In this document: one piece after another, positions 63,225 through 64,000 of the stretch | Numbering within the stretch: the first letter of the stretch is position 1 | Layout: each line of letters begins with the position of its first letter | Source of the DNA: Eledone cirrhosa | Lineage: Eukaryota | Reading direction: 5' to 3' | Assembly: GCA_964016885.1 (NCBI GenBank) | Contig: OZ024740.1 | Span: 422,468,001 to 422,532,000, forward strand | DNA: 64,000 bases | The notes under the pieces: generated by a model | The model's input: only the letters and a program-made list of their open reading frames with translations | Databases searched by the model: none | Told to the model about the DNA's origin: nothing | Program-made: the position numbers and the translations under genes

Positions 63225-63445
63225 GGCCACAAACCCCGGTACTGCGGCCCGCAACGCAGAGTACAGGTAGACAAGCTTGTCCGATGGCTTCCTCTTCGTA
63301 CCAGTCGCCGTCGAGGCCTCATGCATCCTCGGATCCTGGACTGCCGAGCTCCTCCGTAAAATCGGAATGTCAACAGGGAAGGAGCCCCATGAGGTGGGGT
63401 GGCTGATGCGCGGAAATGCCTTTTGCAGTTTTGTCTGGGGGGCGC
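63225..63445 (+). mobile_element. Degenerate CRE-like LINE 3' remnant
   Basis: PGTAARNAE...LSDGFLFVPVAVE..ILG..TAELLRKIG..KEPHEVGWLMRGNA resembles the C-terminal endonuclease motif of CRE-clade elements. Confidence 0.62.
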
Positions 63446-63736
63446 AAGACGTCCCATTCTAGGCACAGAGCCCATCACGTTCTTCACTTCCTTATATATA
63501 TATATATATACACACAGATAATGTTATGGTATCAAAACTTATATAATATATATAATAACCACGTTTCTCTTGAACTAAGCTCAAAGGACCTTAGTTCTGG
63601 GCATCAATAATTCAAATTTAAAAGATATATTTAGAGAGAAAGAGTCCAATATCTTTTGAGAAACAGTATTTTGTATTTATGTGTACTTCTCAAATCATGA
63701 CTATTTCTCTCTCTAAATATCTCTTTTGAATTTGAA

Positions 63737-63809
<73 letters not shown>

Positions 63810-63812
63810 CTC
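63737..63812. repeat. (TATC)n microsatellite; (CA)n(CT)n at 62832-62923
   Basis: Directly visible. Confidence 0.95.
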
Positions 63813-64000
63813 TATCAGACGTGTGTAACTTCGCGAAGTTGTTTCCGTTAATTTATGTAAGAAAAAAACGCGAGTTTTTAGTTAAATTTTATATCATTGT
63901 GTAACTTGACCACCCGCCTGGACCTTCAGGTGGTGGGTCAACTCATTTTCGCCCCTACAGGGGCGAAATATCCATTTAAAAAATTTTTCTAGATCGAATC

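Overview
Eukaryotic, repeat-saturated DNA with no recognisable host gene. The SINE types, RTE families and (TA)n/(CA)n landscape suggest a cephalopod such as octopus; this is an inference. Positions 1-44 kb are a nested cluster of non-LTR retroelements set in kilobase-long (TA)n arrays interrupted by C or G. It holds about 14 copies or fragments of two RTE-clade LINE families with (GAT)n tails and a PHD-type finger inside the RT region. It also holds one Naiad-like and two Neptune-like Penelope-like elements (PLEs), a young Tx1/L1-clade LINE with a 17-bp TSD nested in one PLE, two tRNA-SINEs carrying the RTE-B tail, and a CR1-group fragment. Positions 44-64 kb contain Helitron-like non-autonomous elements, an 8-kb 22/18-bp satellite, old SINE/CRE/PLE remnants, a MITE and fold-backs. 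The strongest lead is that both diverged Neptune-like PLEs have a homologous upstream ORF1 joined to an RT frame with no upstream ATG through an identically phased CA-U_UUU_UUA heptamer, i.e. a gag-pol-like -1 frameshift layout. Other leads are hammerhead ribozymes with unusual cores (CAGAAGA; U.U closing stem II), a flip in element orientation at a central palindrome near 22.8 kb, and a satellite whose variation is almost confined to a hairpin tetraloop. The many YI/IY-rich ORFs are microsatellite artefacts. Family and clade names come from recalled motifs, not database searches.
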